From Sulfolobales archaeon HS-7 (GTDB lineage: Archaea > Thermoproteota > Thermoprotei_A > Sulfolobales > Sulfolobaceae): 64,000 bases of DNA. The notes under the pieces were generated by a model. The model was not told the origin of the DNA, made no database searches, and worked only from the letters and a program-made list of their open reading frames with translations. Of the stretch, positions 11,335 to 22,210 are shown in pieces (position 1 is the first letter of the stretch; every line of letters starts with the position of its first letter). The stretch lies in assembly GCA_019704295.1 (NCBI GenBank), contig AP024596.1, positions 928,001 through 992,000 on the forward strand, given 5' to 3'. The translations under genes were made by a program, and so were the position numbers.

Positions 11335-13908
11335 ATGAGCTTGCGTCAAGAAACTGATCTATCACATGATCTAAGACATAATCCGGAAATCGTCGAGGTG
11401 TCTAACTCCCTACTAGTTGTAAGGAATAGTAACAGCATCATTGATAAGATTCCTATCTCTGATATTCAAGCCGTATACGTAGAAGAAGGAATAGGAATAG
11501 ATAAACTAATCGTTAAAACTAAAACGGGGGAGGAAATAGAATTAGTATATTTCACTAAATCAAAAACCGAAGATTTCAGGAAATTTGCGTTAAGTGTTGA
11601 GGGAATAATCTCTTCCGAAAATAAATCAATTAATATTATATCCCAAAAATCGAATGACAGGAAATCTACGATAATATGGCTTATGAACTTCATGAAAAAC
11701 TATAGGAAAAATATAGCAATTGGTGTAATTCTTTCAATATTTATAACACTTCTCAATTTGATTCCTCCTTATTTACTAAAAATTCTTATCGATTCTGTTC
11801 TTTTGTCAAAAAGTTCTAATGAAGGTCTTTTCGAGGAACTCACATTTATTCTTATTAGCTCCTATTCTGCATTAGCTGTGGCTAACGTTTTCCAAAACTT
11901 TGTTTTAAATACAGTTGGGCAGAGAATAGTAAACGATCTGAGGGCAAAACTATTTGAACACGTCATAAGGCAGTCATCGGGTTTCATTGATAAGATATCG
12001 ACTGGAAGGATTGTATCTAGATTAACTAGTGATGTTGGAAATACACAATGGTTAATGGTATGGGGACTTCCCACACTTATAGTTAACTTCCTTACGTTAA
12101 TAGGTATAGGCGTTATATTATTTACGATGGACGTGTTCCTTGCAATATACGTCATCATTCCAGCACCATTAATCGCCTATTTATTAGTTAGATATAGAAG
12201 GCGTTCGCATAAGGTATATCATAAAAACTGGAGGAGAAATTCGGATGTAGTATCTACTTTTTCGGACGTAATTCCGAACTATTTAGTTGTTAAATCCTTT
12301 GCGAAGGAGGATTTTGAAAAGGAAAGATTTGACGACCTAGTTAACAGATTATATGAGTCTCAACGTGAGGTGGTAACGATGAATATATCATATTGGCCAC
12401 TCATCGGATTCATTACATCGCTTGCTACTGTGGCAATATGGTGGATAGGAGGACACCAAGTTCTGACAGGAGTAATTCAGATAGGCGTAATAACCGCATT
12501 TATTTCATATCTGGCGCAGTTTTATAATCCGATAAACAACCTTAGCAATGTTATCCCCTTTATTCAACAGGCTATTACCTCGGGGGAGAGAATAAGAGAA
12601 ATCCTTGAGAGCGAAAATCCCATAAAAGATCCTGAAAATCCTAAACACGTCTCGTTCAAATCTGAGATTAGATTCAAAGATGTGTGGTTCGGATACGATC
12701 CATTCATACCCGTAATAAAAGGAATCAACCTATCTATACAGCCTGGGCAGAAGATTGCTTTTGTAGGAAAGAGTGGTTCAGGAAAAACCACTGTGGCTAA
12801 GTTGTTATTGAGACTATATGATGTTAACAATGGAAAGATAACTATCGGGGGTGTAGACTTAAAGGAGATTAGCTTACAGGATATAAGAAGTAAAATAGGT
12901 TACGTTCCTCAAGAAAGCGTACTTTTTGACAATACAGTATATTATAATATATCATATGGTGCAAATAGAAGTATTGAACGCTGGGAAATAATAGCAGCTG
13001 CATTAGCTGCTAGGATACACGAAGAGATAATGGGACTTCCCCTTGCTTATGATACTAATCTAGGAGAAAGGGGGAACTTCTTGTCAGGAGGACAAAAACA
13101 GAGGATCTCTATAGCTCGAGCTATTCTTAAGCAGCCAGAGATAGTAATTTTTGATGAGGCAACATCTAATTTAGACGTTACTAATGAAAGAGAAATCTAT
13201 AACGCGATAATGAATTTGTCACGCGGAAGAACTGCTATTTTTGTTACGCATAATGTTCATGAGGTAGTAAATTGCGATAAAGTTGTAGTAATGAAGGATG
13301 GAAAAATTATTGAGGAAGGTGGTCCATTTGAACTTTACGAAAAAAAGGGCGCATTTTATGCTATGTTTAAGGATCAAATCGAACTTGAGGGATTCAAAAA
13401 GATCAAGGAAGGTAAAGAGGAGTCGCTATTTGATTACGTTAAAAACTACATTATTGATAAGGTAAGCGTTAAGAGGGCTGATAGACCTAGTCGTTTAATT
13501 GTTAGCATAAATGGCATAACTTATTCTGATGTTATACCAAGACTTCCGTTCCCAATAACCGATCCAGAATTTGTAATTCTGTATGATAAAGAGGGTAAAA
13601 TGATAGGCCTGCTTACTTCACTGGATAAAGTGGTTGACGGTAGAGAAATTATGGAGAGAGCTATACGTCTAAATAACCTTATAGTAAACGTCTCTAAGGT
13701 AAAGGATATAATTATTACTGGGGACGAGTTGAAGTGGAATTTAGAGACTATAGAGGGGGACAGTATTAATGTAACTACCAAGGGGAGAAGGAATATAATG
13801 TTCGTAGATAGTAAACTGATTTTAATTGATACTCATGATAACTTATATAAGATAGAACTAAAGAAAATTGATGCAAAGAGTAAATCGGTTATACAACAAG
13901 TACTTTAA
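11335..13908 (+). CDS. fused ABC exporter (TMD+NBD) with N-terminal extension and C-terminal DUF1854-like domain
   Basis: GKSGSGKT, LSGGQKQR, IFDEAT; C-terminal PRLPFPITDPEFV...WNLET resembles DUF1854. Confidence 0.85.
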   Translation: MSLRQETDLSHDLRHNPEIVEVSNSLLVVRNSNSIIDKIPISDIQAVYVEEGIGIDKLIVKTKTGEEIELVYFTKSKTEDFRKFALSVEGIISSENKSINIISQKSNDRKSTIIWLMNFMKNYRKNIAIGVILSIFITLLNLIPPYLLKILIDSVLLSKSSNEGLFEELTFILISSYSALAVANVFQNFVLNTVGQRIVNDLRAKLFEHVIRQSSGFIDKISTGRIVSRLTSDVGNTQWLMVWGLPTLIVNFLTLIGIGVILFTMDVFLAIYVIIPAPLIAYLLVRYRRRSHKVYHKNWRRNSDVVSTFSDVIPNYLVVKSFAKEDFEKERFDDLVNRLYESQREVVTMNISYWPLIGFITSLATVAIWWIGGHQVLTGVIQIGVITAFISYLAQFYNPINNLSNVIPFIQQAITSGERIREILESENPIKDPENPKHVSFKSEIRFKDVWFGYDPFIPVIKGINLSIQPGQKIAFVGKSGSGKTTVAKLLLRLYDVNNGKITIGGVDLKEISLQDIRSKIGYVPQESVLFDNTVYYNISYGANRSIERWEIIAAALAARIHEEIMGLPLAYDTNLGERGNFLSGGQKQRISIARAILKQPEIVIFDEATSNLDVTNEREIYNAIMNLSRGRTAIFVTHNVHEVVNCDKVVVMKDGKIIEEGGPFELYEKKGAFYAMFKDQIELEGFKKIKEGKEESLFDYVKNYIIDKVSVKRADRPSRLIVSINGITYSDVIPRLPFPITDPEFVILYDKEGKMIGLLTSLDKVVDGREIMERAIRLNNLIVNVSKVKDIIITGDELKWNLETIEGDSINVTTKGRRNIMFVDSKLILIDTHDNLYKIELKKIDAKSKSVIQQVL

Positions 13909-14708
13909 TATTCAGCTAGGGTTCCTCTTTTTCTTGCAAGTTTGAATGCATAACTATAGCTACTAACACCAATTATAATGTAAACAATAGCTAATAACGA
14001 AAGTCTCTCAATGTACGGCAATACTTGTGATAAAGACGCGTTTGCTAGCATAGTTTCCCTAAGACCAAGTAAACCCCATGTTAAAGGTATGACATAACTA
14101 ATATACCTTACCGCTAAGGGAAGAACAGAAATGGGAAATAATGTCCCTGCAATTAAAGATGTAAATGTCGAGAAGAAGATAGACACTGGGTTGCCCTGTT
14201 TTGTTATCATTGTTACCGCTCCAGCCATCATTGATATTCCAAGGGTAGATGCCATAAGAACTACGACTAGAAGTATTGTAGCTATCCAGTTAATGGCATA
14301 CCTTACTCCTAATAAATATCCTACTGTAAGGATAACTACAGCACTTAGTGAATTTAATGTAAAGCCCCATACTGCAGAATACACAAGGAATCCAGATACG
14401 CCAGTCTTTGCAATTACATAATATTCAATAGTACCATATAATTGCTCATTTCTTAACCTTTGACTTATCGTGGAAATTATCGAAGAAACATATCCTTGAA
14501 ACGCTAATCCTATCACGAAGAAGGCAGTATAATTAGTTACTCCGATACTAGTAACTATTCTATTTCCTAAAGACGTTCCTACAAAGAAGTAAGTAAATAC
14601 TGGAATTATCCATGAGATTACTGTAAGTACTACATTAGTCCTATATGTTAACCATACTCTGAAGCCACGAAGGTAAATAAATGCGTAAACTTTATCTAGA
14701 ATCCCCAT
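13905..14708 (-). CDS. ABC-2 type exporter permease
   Basis: Six TM segments, GTLFPISVLP...IPLTW motif. Confidence 0.88.
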   Translation of the reverse strand: MGILDKVYAFIYLRGFRVWLTYRTNVVLTVISWIIPVFTYFFVGTSLGNRIVTSIGVTNYTAFFVIGLAFQGYVSSIISTISQRLRNEQLYGTIEYYVIAKTGVSGFLVYSAVWGFTLNSLSAVVILTVGYLLGVRYAINWIATILLVVVLMASTLGISMMAGAVTMITKQGNPVSIFFSTFTSLIAGTLFPISVLPLAVRYISYVIPLTWGLLGLRETMLANASLSQVLPYIERLSLLAIVYIIIGVSSYSYAFKLARKRGTLAEY

Positions 14709-15634
14709 CTTCTGCCACCGCGACCTCTTTCAATTTCCCACCTAGGCTGATTAATGGTATCTAATGCGTGAACGTAAAAGTCCTCTAAAGTGGCCTGCTC
14801 CTCTTTAATTATTTCTCCTTCTACCTGGCCGACTATTCTTTTCGGAACTCTTACTACGTATTCTCTCTCATTACTGGAAATAACGTATTTCTCGTAGCCC
14901 TTTGGTACCTCTTTAATCCTCAATTCCATCACAGTACCTAAGGAATTTACCAATTCTTTAGGACTTCCTTGGGTAACGATTTTCCCTGAACTAATTACCA
15001 TGATGTTATTCGAAAGTTCCTCTACATCTCGCATATTATGGGAGGTCATTAAAATGGATTTATTTCGTGATAGGTATCTTATTGTCTCACGAAACGAGCG
15101 TGAGGATACGGGATCTAACCCTAACGTTGGCTCGTCTAGCAAAATAACTGGCGGATCTGTTAGTAGTGCTCTAGCTAGGGCCAATTTTCGTTGCATTCCT
15201 GTACTATATTTCATATATGGTACGTTGATCCAATCGCCTAATCCTACCATTTCCATTAGGTCCTTCCCCCTTTCTCTTGCTTCACTTATTGATAAGCCGT
15301 CTAATATCCCGTAGAAGATTAGGTTTTCTAAACCTGTTAATCTGAAATAAAAGAGTCTATCGCTTACTGTAACTAATCCTATGGACTCCCTGACTTTCTT
15401 CTCATCGCTTATCACACTATACCCGTTTACGTAAGCCTCTCCCTTGGTAGGTATGATCAGCGTTGAGAGAATTTTTATGAGAGTAGTTTTGCCAGCTCCA
15501 TTTGGACCTACTATTGATGTAACACCGCCCTTTACAGAGAACGTAATACCCTTTAGTGCTTCAATAGTCCTCCCCTTTATTTTATATATTTTTTGTACAT
15601 CTCTGCATTCTACACTCATATTGATAGGTATCAT
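14696..15634 (-). CDS. ABC transporter ATP-binding protein
   Basis: GPNGAGKTT, YSTGMQRK, LLDEPT. Confidence 0.93.
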   Translation of the reverse strand: MIPINMSVECRDVQKIYKIKGRTIEALKGITFSVKGGVTSIVGPNGAGKTTLIKILSTLIIPTKGEAYVNGYSVISDEKKVRESIGLVTVSDRLFYFRLTGLENLIFYGILDGLSISEARERGKDLMEMVGLGDWINVPYMKYSTGMQRKLALARALLTDPPVILLDEPTLGLDPVSSRSFRETIRYLSRNKSILMTSHNMRDVEELSNNIMVISSGKIVTQGSPKELVNSLGTVMELRIKEVPKGYEKYVISSNEREYVVRVPKRIVGQVEGEIIKEEQATLEDFYVHALDTINQPRWEIERGRGGRRWGF

Positions 15635-15664
15635 TGTTATCGGATAAAAGCTTTAACTTAGGCG

Positions 15665-16290
15665 ATTAAGTTGCGGAAGTCCCGTGAGCGATGAGTAGTC
15701 CCTTAATGTTTTCACCTTCATCGGTGTTTTGAGTAATAAACTATATAGGTTCAAAGGGGGCGGAAGATCCGTGAGGGTGGGGATGGATAGCCCCTTTTGT
15801 ATAAGTTAAATAACGGTTCGCAGGCTAATACATCAATAATAGTCACCAATAAAGTAAGCGTCACCGAGACAACTAAGCGAGGATCGATGTGGTACGCTTC
15901 TGCTCCAATTACAGTTCCATAGAGGACATTAACGTTAAGTTTACTCTGGGGTAGGTATGGCCCTCAGTGCCTGCGGAACTACGACCTCTACCACTGGCAA
16001 GGTGAGGTATGAAGTGGGAACCCCCTTTTGTCGAGAAGGAGTGCGTTCTCATAGTAAAAAACCGTAATATCCCTTAGACCTAGACTCTAAGGGCTGGGCC
16101 AAATATCGTAGGTGCTGGAGAAACGCCTATGGAGATAGGACCCTCAGTAACCCCTTTTCCGCACGATGAATTAGAGAGGGGTTAGATGGAACCTGCATGG
16201 TAACTGGAGGATCGAGGTTTCTCTGAGAAGCATAAACTCTACATCACAGCGCAGAAACGCTGAGCCCGTGAGGATGAAGTAATTCGCTAC
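15665..16290 (+). mobile_element. decayed IS200/IS605-type ends and omegaRNA-like modules, no transposase
   Basis: Left-end-like GCGGAAG(T/A)..CC...GATGGATAGCCCC at about 15672 and 15756; right-end-like tracts; 26-nt identity with 17434-17459. Confidence 0.6.
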
Positions 16291-16453
16291 GGTTTTGGTT
16301 AGACACGATTGAAGAAACTAGAAAAATGTAACATTATGAACCAGGGTTACAAGTGAAATAACATATTAGAACAGAAACTAATTTGAAGTACTGTTTTTAC
16401 TTCCGCGAACTAGTATGAAGCTTTAATTGAAAAGTTATGTTCTATTTTTCAAC

Positions 16454-16918
16454 CTAATAATCTTCTAACGTTGTAAACTTTCGCATATACCAAACTATTG
16501 GTTTTCCTTTTCTAACTATACTAGAATTTATTACTTTACCAATAATAATCGAATGATCCGCTATATCTACTGTTTTCTCCATTATGGCCTCTATGAATGC
16601 ATAACTATTTTCTAGAACTGGGACTCCGTTCTGAGTTATTTCCCACTTAACGCTTGAGAACCTTTTATCTAAGCCACTGAAGGCGAAGACTTCGAGAACC
16701 TTTTCATCATCGATAAAATTTACACAGAAACGTTCAGCGTCCTTAAACGGAATGTCATTGCCTTTACTTTTATCGGCCAAAAAGGTTACAAGTTCCGGTT
16801 CTAAGGAAATAGAATTGAATGTATTGGCTGTCATTCCAAACGGTTTTCCATTATCCATTGTAGTAATTATAACTACGCCCATGGGTAGAAGTCTCATGAC
16901 CTCCCTAAGATTAACCAT
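16454..16918 (-). CDS. flavin reductase (HpaC-like)
   Basis: GVVIITT, GMTANTFNSISLEP, DHSIIIG. Confidence 0.92.
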   Translation of the reverse strand: MVNLREVMRLLPMGVVIITTMDNGKPFGMTANTFNSISLEPELVTFLADKSKGNDIPFKDAERFCVNFIDDEKVLEVFAFSGLDKRFSSVKWEITQNGVPVLENSYAFIEAIMEKTVDIADHSIIIGKVINSSIVRKGKPIVWYMRKFTTLEDY

Positions 16919-17039
16919 AATAATCCATTAACGTACCTAGGTTAAAATATATCTATTGTAACACCTAATATTTAATAACAGTGATTAGGAGGCAGAAGTT
17001 CCGCTAAGGTATCTTACGCTTTAATCTATTGGGAGTTAA

Positions 17040-17514
17040 GGGGGCGAAAATCCCCTTCAGTGAGCAAGTGGATGTATAGCCCCGGGTCGTTCACATGTTC
17101 ATTGCGAATTCAGTTTATTTAGAAAAATAAAATGGATTTAATTGAATCCGATCGTATGGACTAGGTGGAGATTCACCCTCTACAATTTCCTTTATTTAAT
17201 CCCTATTTGGAATAATTATGATTCGTATTGGAAATCTGAATCGCCCATAGTCCCCCTATAGAAACGTTTTCATACCTCTTTGTAAAATTTTTGGACTCTG
17301 GCTTTAAGATCTGAATCAGTACCCTCTGGACTGGGGAAACTTAAGCTTGTGGAGAGAAAACCCTCAATAACCTCTCTTCCACACTGGTATCACATAACGG
17401 TTCCAAAAAATGGAACCTCTGCTATGGGTGAATGAGGATCGAGGTTTCTCTGAGAAGCAGAGAATCTCCATCGGGATGCGGAGATGCCATGTTTGTGAGG
17501 ACGGGATAGTTCAC
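17040..17514 (+). mobile_element. non-autonomous IS200/IS605-type element
   Basis: TTAA followed by GGGGGCGAAAATCCCC...TAGCCCC left end; right-end hairpin finishing GATAGTTCAC. Confidence 0.6.
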
Positions 17515-17818
17515 AATGGCAGCGACTGATGGAGTCACCGAGACGTCTAAGCGTTGGTACTTATGTTACGATCTTTTGTTGATTAGCAGTACTGCGTGGA
17601 ATATTATGAACGTGGAACTGAATACAGGTATGTCCGTAGCACAGGTGAGGCCCTTAAGCATGGTAAGGAGTCAGGAAAACCTATTCGTAGGGTAGTGAGC
17701 TTAATGCAAACTTCAGGAAATACTCGTATTTTTGTATTTATTTGGAAAAAGCATAGAAAAGGTATACATTCACGACATCAATCACAGACGTGTTGATCGG
17801 CTTCGGAGAATACCGATT

Positions 17819-19147
17819 TTAACTTTGAGTTATTTTCTTTATCACACCACCTTTAACTAGTCTTTCCATGTCTAGTATTTTGTTAATTTGGTCTTCGCTG
17901 AAGTTCAATTCCCTTAGTGAATCTCTTATACTAACTCCCTTAGCTACTTTTCTTCCGATCTCTGAAGCTTTATCATATCCTATTGTTGGGGAAAGAATAG
18001 TTATGAGTGATGGGCTGCTCTCTGCATATTTAATACATCTTTCTTTATTAGGAACTATTCCACTTAACACGACACTAGATAACTTGTTGAGTACCTGGGA
18101 TAATATTTCAATCTGGCTAATTATATTATATCCCATAACTGGAATACCCATTGATAATTCAAATTCACCATACATAGATAATATTTGATTAGCGTGATCC
18201 AGTCCTATAACTTCTGCAACACCTTGCATTGCCGACTCCACTGTTACCGGGTTAGTTTTCCCAGGCATTATTGAAGAACCAGCAATTTCCTCTTGCGACA
18301 TTATGTCAATTTCTCCTAGTCCAGTTATCGGTCCAGAGAACATTAGGCGAAGATCTTGAGAAAGTCTATACAACTCGACCGAAATTTGTCGCATAGTCGA
18401 AGAAAGTCCAAGTAAATCTGTCAGGAGTCGCATTCCCCTAAACTTGTTTCCCTCAATCAAATTCAATCCAGTGATAGCATTTAGTTCATCAATTATCTTT
18501 CTTGAAAACTCTGGCGGAGCATTGATTCCGGTTCCAACTGCAGTTCCCCCTATAGGAATCTCCCTAACGTACTCCAAGTGATTCCTAACTGTGCTAATAT
18601 CGTGAATTACTGCATCTAAATACGCTGAAAACTCATTACCCATAGTTATAGGCATGGCATCTCTCAGATGGGTTCTCCCCGCCTTATACACATCCTTTGT
18701 TTTCTCTACTACTTCCGAGAGCGAATCAGCAAAACTCTGCAGAGACGGAATTAGCTTGTTATTACTTTCCTTTAACGCTGCTATTCTTATAGCAGACGGA
18801 ACTACGTCATTCGAAGATTGGCTAACGTTTACATGATCGTTTGGATGTACCTTTTTCCCCAGTATCTTTGACGCTTCTTCTGCTATTATTTCGTTTATAT
18901 TCATATTAAGTCCTGTACCAGAACCAGTCTGGAATACGTCAACTACAACTCCTCCGTCATATGAACCGTTCATAACTTCTCTCGCAACTCTTTGAATGGC
19001 GTCACCGATCTCAGGTTCCAACACTCCTAATTCGACATTAACCTTCGCAGCTGCTAGTTTTATTGCCCCTATTGCCCATATTATTGTTCTTGGGAACCTA
19101 TAACCCGTTTCCAAGAAAACCCTTCTAGAAGCATCCGTATATTTCAT
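17819..19147 (-). CDS. fumC: class II fumarate hydratase
   Basis: [33 protein letters not shown]. Confidence 0.93.
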   Translation of the reverse strand: MKYTDASRRVFLETGYRFPRTIIWAIGAIKLAAAKVNVELGVLEPEIGDAIQRVAREVMNGSYDGGVVVDVFQTGSGTGLNMNINEIIAEEASKILGKKVHPNDHVNVSQSSNDVVPSAIRIAALKESNNKLIPSLQSFADSLSEVVEKTKDVYKAGRTHLRDAMPITMGNEFSAYLDAVIHDISTVRNHLEYVREIPIGGTAVGTGINAPPEFSRKIIDELNAITGLNLIEGNKFRGMRLLTDLLGLSSTMRQISVELYRLSQDLRLMFSGPITGLGEIDIMSQEEIAGSSIMPGKTNPVTVESAMQGVAEVIGLDHANQILSMYGEFELSMGIPVMGYNIISQIEILSQVLNKLSSVVLSGIVPNKERCIKYAESSPSLITILSPTIGYDKASEIGRKVAKGVSIRDSLRELNFSEDQINKILDMERLVKGGVIKKITQS

Positions 19148-19177
19148 ATCTACCTATATCAGCTAAAGGTTAAAGAT

Positions 19178-19495
19178 TTAATCAAACTCTTCCTGTATTT
19201 TAACTGTAGATCGTAATAAATTTTGAGGAAAAGGTATTGCAGTCTCTTTAGTAATTGTTATCCCATCCTTCACTAACTCCGCTACTCCCCTGATTAGATC
19301 ATCCTCAAGTGTAGAATACTGTAATTTTAGCTTAACCTTTTGCAAATCAGGATCGTCTGTTTTGTACCTTTCAGCCGATTCACTTATCCATTTGTTGTTA
19401 ACCTTCCTTATGAAAACAACGTCCTGTATATATCCTGGGATTTCATGGGGAATGCCTGCAATAAAAACGTCCTTATATCTATAGACCTGTACCAT
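19178..19495 (-). CDS. hypothetical protein
   Basis: 105-aa ORF in an operon-like run upstream of fumC. Confidence 0.7.
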   Translation of the reverse strand: MVQVYRYKDVFIAGIPHEIPGYIQDVVFIRKVNNKWISESAERYKTDDPDLQKVKLKLQYSTLEDDLIRGVAELVKDGITITKETAIPFPQNLLRSTVKIQEEFD

Positions 19496-19518
19496 AATAA
19501 GTTCTCAAACGTAATTCA

Positions 19519-20094
19519 CTAAAATTTCTTTCCTTGAATTACCCACCAGTTCTGACGAAATGAAATTTTTTCCAGCTTAAATAAACCCGCTATCATGGCT
19601 ATAACCTTTTCCAAGAAATTCTCCTCGACGTCTTCAACTAAGAAAAAGATGTGCCCACCTGATTTCAGCACCCTTCGAATCTCATACAGAAGATCTAAAT
19701 CTAGTAGGTTACCTAGTGTAACCTCATCAAATGAATTATCCCTTAAAGGAAGGTATAGAATTCCGTCTATTACATCTGTTTTAATATAAGGTAAAACTTC
19801 TGTAATGTAACCAAATACGATTAATGACTCGGTAAACGGAATTCCAATATGAAGTCTTTTTCCCCGTGGGGGAAAGTTTATAGTAGTTACTCTAATCTTT
19901 CCGGTTACAAAGTCGGCTATTTTTGATATGAATATTCTTTCTGTGTCTGAGAACTTTCCTACAGCGAGGATGAAATTTCCATTTAAAATAGATGCTATTT
20001 TTCTGTAAGACAGGCGTACTCCGATCCCATCAATTATCGCTGTATCTGCAGACGAAAGTGATGATGGGACGTTATTTTTAGTAAAAACAATCAT
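19519..20094 (-). CDS. methyltransferase-like protein (degenerate class I SAM fold)
   Basis: LPLRDNSFDEV and EIRRVLKSGG motifs. Confidence 0.6.
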   Translation of the reverse strand: MIVFTKNNVPSSLSSADTAIIDGIGVRLSYRKIASILNGNFILAVGKFSDTERIFISKIADFVTGKIRVTTINFPPRGKRLHIGIPFTESLIVFGYITEVLPYIKTDVIDGILYLPLRDNSFDEVTLGNLLDLDLLYEIRRVLKSGGHIFFLVEDVEENFLEKVIAMIAGLFKLEKISFRQNWWVIQGKKF

Positions 20095-20765
20095 TTATAT
20101 TCCCAAAAAGCTTTCAGCTGAACTTTTTTAGGTTCGCCATTCTCGATCAGATCTGCGAATATTTCCCTAAATTTACTAACCTCTGGAACACCCTTAATTA
20201 ACCATTTATCATTAACTAAAATTGAAGGAACACCGTGTATTCCTAATGCGTGCGCCTCATCCTCATCGAGAACAACTGCGTAGTACGTCTCCTTTCTGTT
20301 AAACTCATTCATAAAAGTCTCCCTGTTATATCCTAATTCCTCTGCAATCGATGCGAGGAATTTCTCGTTTGTGATATCTCTTCCTCTCATGAAAAATTCA
20401 TCGCCAAGTCGTAGAAACATCTTTTCATGACCAGGTTGACCCTCAAACTTTTCTGCCACTTTACATGCCTTTAGAGCGGGAATTGACCAAACATACGAAA
20501 ACTCTCCCTTGTTAACAACTTCATCTGGATTATACTCAGGATAATATCCCTTTAATATTGCCATCTCTTTTTTAAAGAAATCTTTAGCGTCTTCTTCTGT
20601 AGGGGCCACTAACTTGAGGTCCTCCAGGGAAGAAATTATTGCAAAAGCTTTATGAATTACCTCTATATTTCCATCAAACTCCTTTAAAGCCTGCATGAGC
20701 CTTCTTGCAGTGACGTAGCAAAATGGGCAAATCACATCATGAAAGAAGGTTAGCTTCAGTTTCAT
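20091..20765 (-). CDS. DsbA/FrnE family thiol-disulfide oxidoreductase
   Basis: DVICPFCY, GIHGVP; likely start MKLKLTF. Confidence 0.9.
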   Translation of the reverse strand: MKLKLTFFHDVICPFCYVTARRLMQALKEFDGNIEVIHKAFAIISSLEDLKLVAPTEEDAKDFFKKEMAILKGYYPEYNPDEVVNKGEFSYVWSIPALKACKVAEKFEGQPGHEKMFLRLGDEFFMRGRDITNEKFLASIAEELGYNRETFMNEFNRKETYYAVVLDEDEAHALGIHGVPSILVNDKWLIKGVPEVSKFREIFADLIENGEPKKVQLKAFWEYK

Positions 20766-20903
20766 ATGACATTTTTTAATGCCCTTACTTAATAGATTAT
20801 CGGTAAGTGTAAAGCTTTCTTGCATTTGTTAACATATATAAAAATAACAATTTAATTATAGCATGGGGAAAGTTTTAAAGCCAATTACGATATATCTATA
20901 TAC

Positions 20904-21350
20904 ATGTTAAGGGAAGGAGATATCGCGCCTGATTTTGAGGGGATAACAGATAGCGGAGATAGGATAAGACTCTACTCGCTGTTAGAAAAGAGTCCTGTCG
21001 TCCTTTATTTTTATCCGAAGGATGATACTCCAGGATGTACGAAGGAGGCATGTACATTCAGAGATAATTGGGAACGAATATCACAATACGGCGCTACCGT
21101 GATCGGTGTAAGTTCTGATTCTGAGGAGTCGCATAAACAGTTTAAGCGAAAGTACGGCTTGCAGTTTATACTAATTTCTGACAAGAATTCAAAGATAAGG
21201 GAAATCTACGGTGTTAAGGGATTTATACTTCCACCTAGGGTAACATTTGTAATAAATAGTGATAAAAGAATAGTAAGAGTATTTAATTCTCAAACTAAAC
21301 CTGAAAGGCACGTTCAAATAGCGATAGAAACGTTAAAGGCAATGAAGTAA
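20904..21350 (+). CDS. bcp: peroxiredoxin Bcp
   Basis: YFYPKDDTPGCTKEAC. Confidence 0.95.
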   Translation: MLREGDIAPDFEGITDSGDRIRLYSLLEKSPVVLYFYPKDDTPGCTKEACTFRDNWERISQYGATVIGVSSDSEESHKQFKRKYGLQFILISDKNSKIREIYGVKGFILPPRVTFVINSDKRIVRVFNSQTKPERHVQIAIETLKAMK

Positions 21351-21383
21351 ATATTTTATTTAAGGTAGTAATGGGAACTAATC

Positions 21384-21905
21384 ATGGACGACAATCTGAT
21401 TAAAAGGCTCCTTAGCGAGGAGAGGAGAAGTTGGGAAGATCCCGAAAAATTCTTACCCGAATTAATTATGCGCGACGACGTTGTGGCTGATGTTGGATGT
21501 GGTCCTGGCTACTATGCAAGAGTTTTAGTTAGACTTTCGAAGATGGTGTATTGTATAGATAAAAACGAGAAGATGTTGAACTACGCTGCGGGAATAAACT
21601 CTCCTAATATATTATTTCTTAAAGATATATCCGAATTGCCAAACAATTCAGTTAGCGTGGTGTTATTTGCAAACTCATTCCATGACATGGATCGTAAGAA
21701 TATGTATAAGGAGACTATTAGAGTACTTAATTCTAAAGGCAGAGTCATAATCGTGGATTGGAAAAAGGAAAGTCCGATGGGACCACCAAGTGATATTCGA
21801 ATGAGTAAAGACGAGTATATAAAAACATTCTCGTTAGACTTTAGGTTAGACAGGGAGTTTGAAGTAGGTCCTTACCATATAGGTCTAGTGTTCGTAAGAA
21901 AATAA
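21384..21905 (+). CDS. class I SAM-dependent methyltransferase
   Basis: VADVGCGPG motif I. Confidence 0.9.
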   Translation: MDDNLIKRLLSEERRSWEDPEKFLPELIMRDDVVADVGCGPGYYARVLVRLSKMVYCIDKNEKMLNYAAGINSPNILFLKDISELPNNSVSVVLFANSFHDMDRKNMYKETIRVLNSKGRVIIVDWKKESPMGPPSDIRMSKDEYIKTFSLDFRLDREFEVGPYHIGLVFVRK

Positions 21906-22210
21906 TGACGAGACACCGAGCGTAGCCAAGTCAGGTCAATAATTGTAAACTATCTTTGTTTCCTGCGCAGACTCATTTCGTCAAAGGTTCTCGCGTTAGA
22001 AAGATATTATTACTGTAAACTTCTCTAAAACTAGATCCAAGTATTAATTACGGATTGTAATTATTGCCAAGACAGTTTAAATAAAGGGAAGCTATAAGCT
22101 GTGAATCTATAGATAGCCAAATAAGTTTTCGTTTAATTAAATTCGTTTTATTTCTCCAATTTAACTGAATTCGCAGATGACCATAGAATACCCTAGTTAA
22201 GAATTAGTTA

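Noticed and set aside
17596-17796. 66-aa ORF
   Set aside because: Overlaps decayed IS-derived sequence; no coding support.
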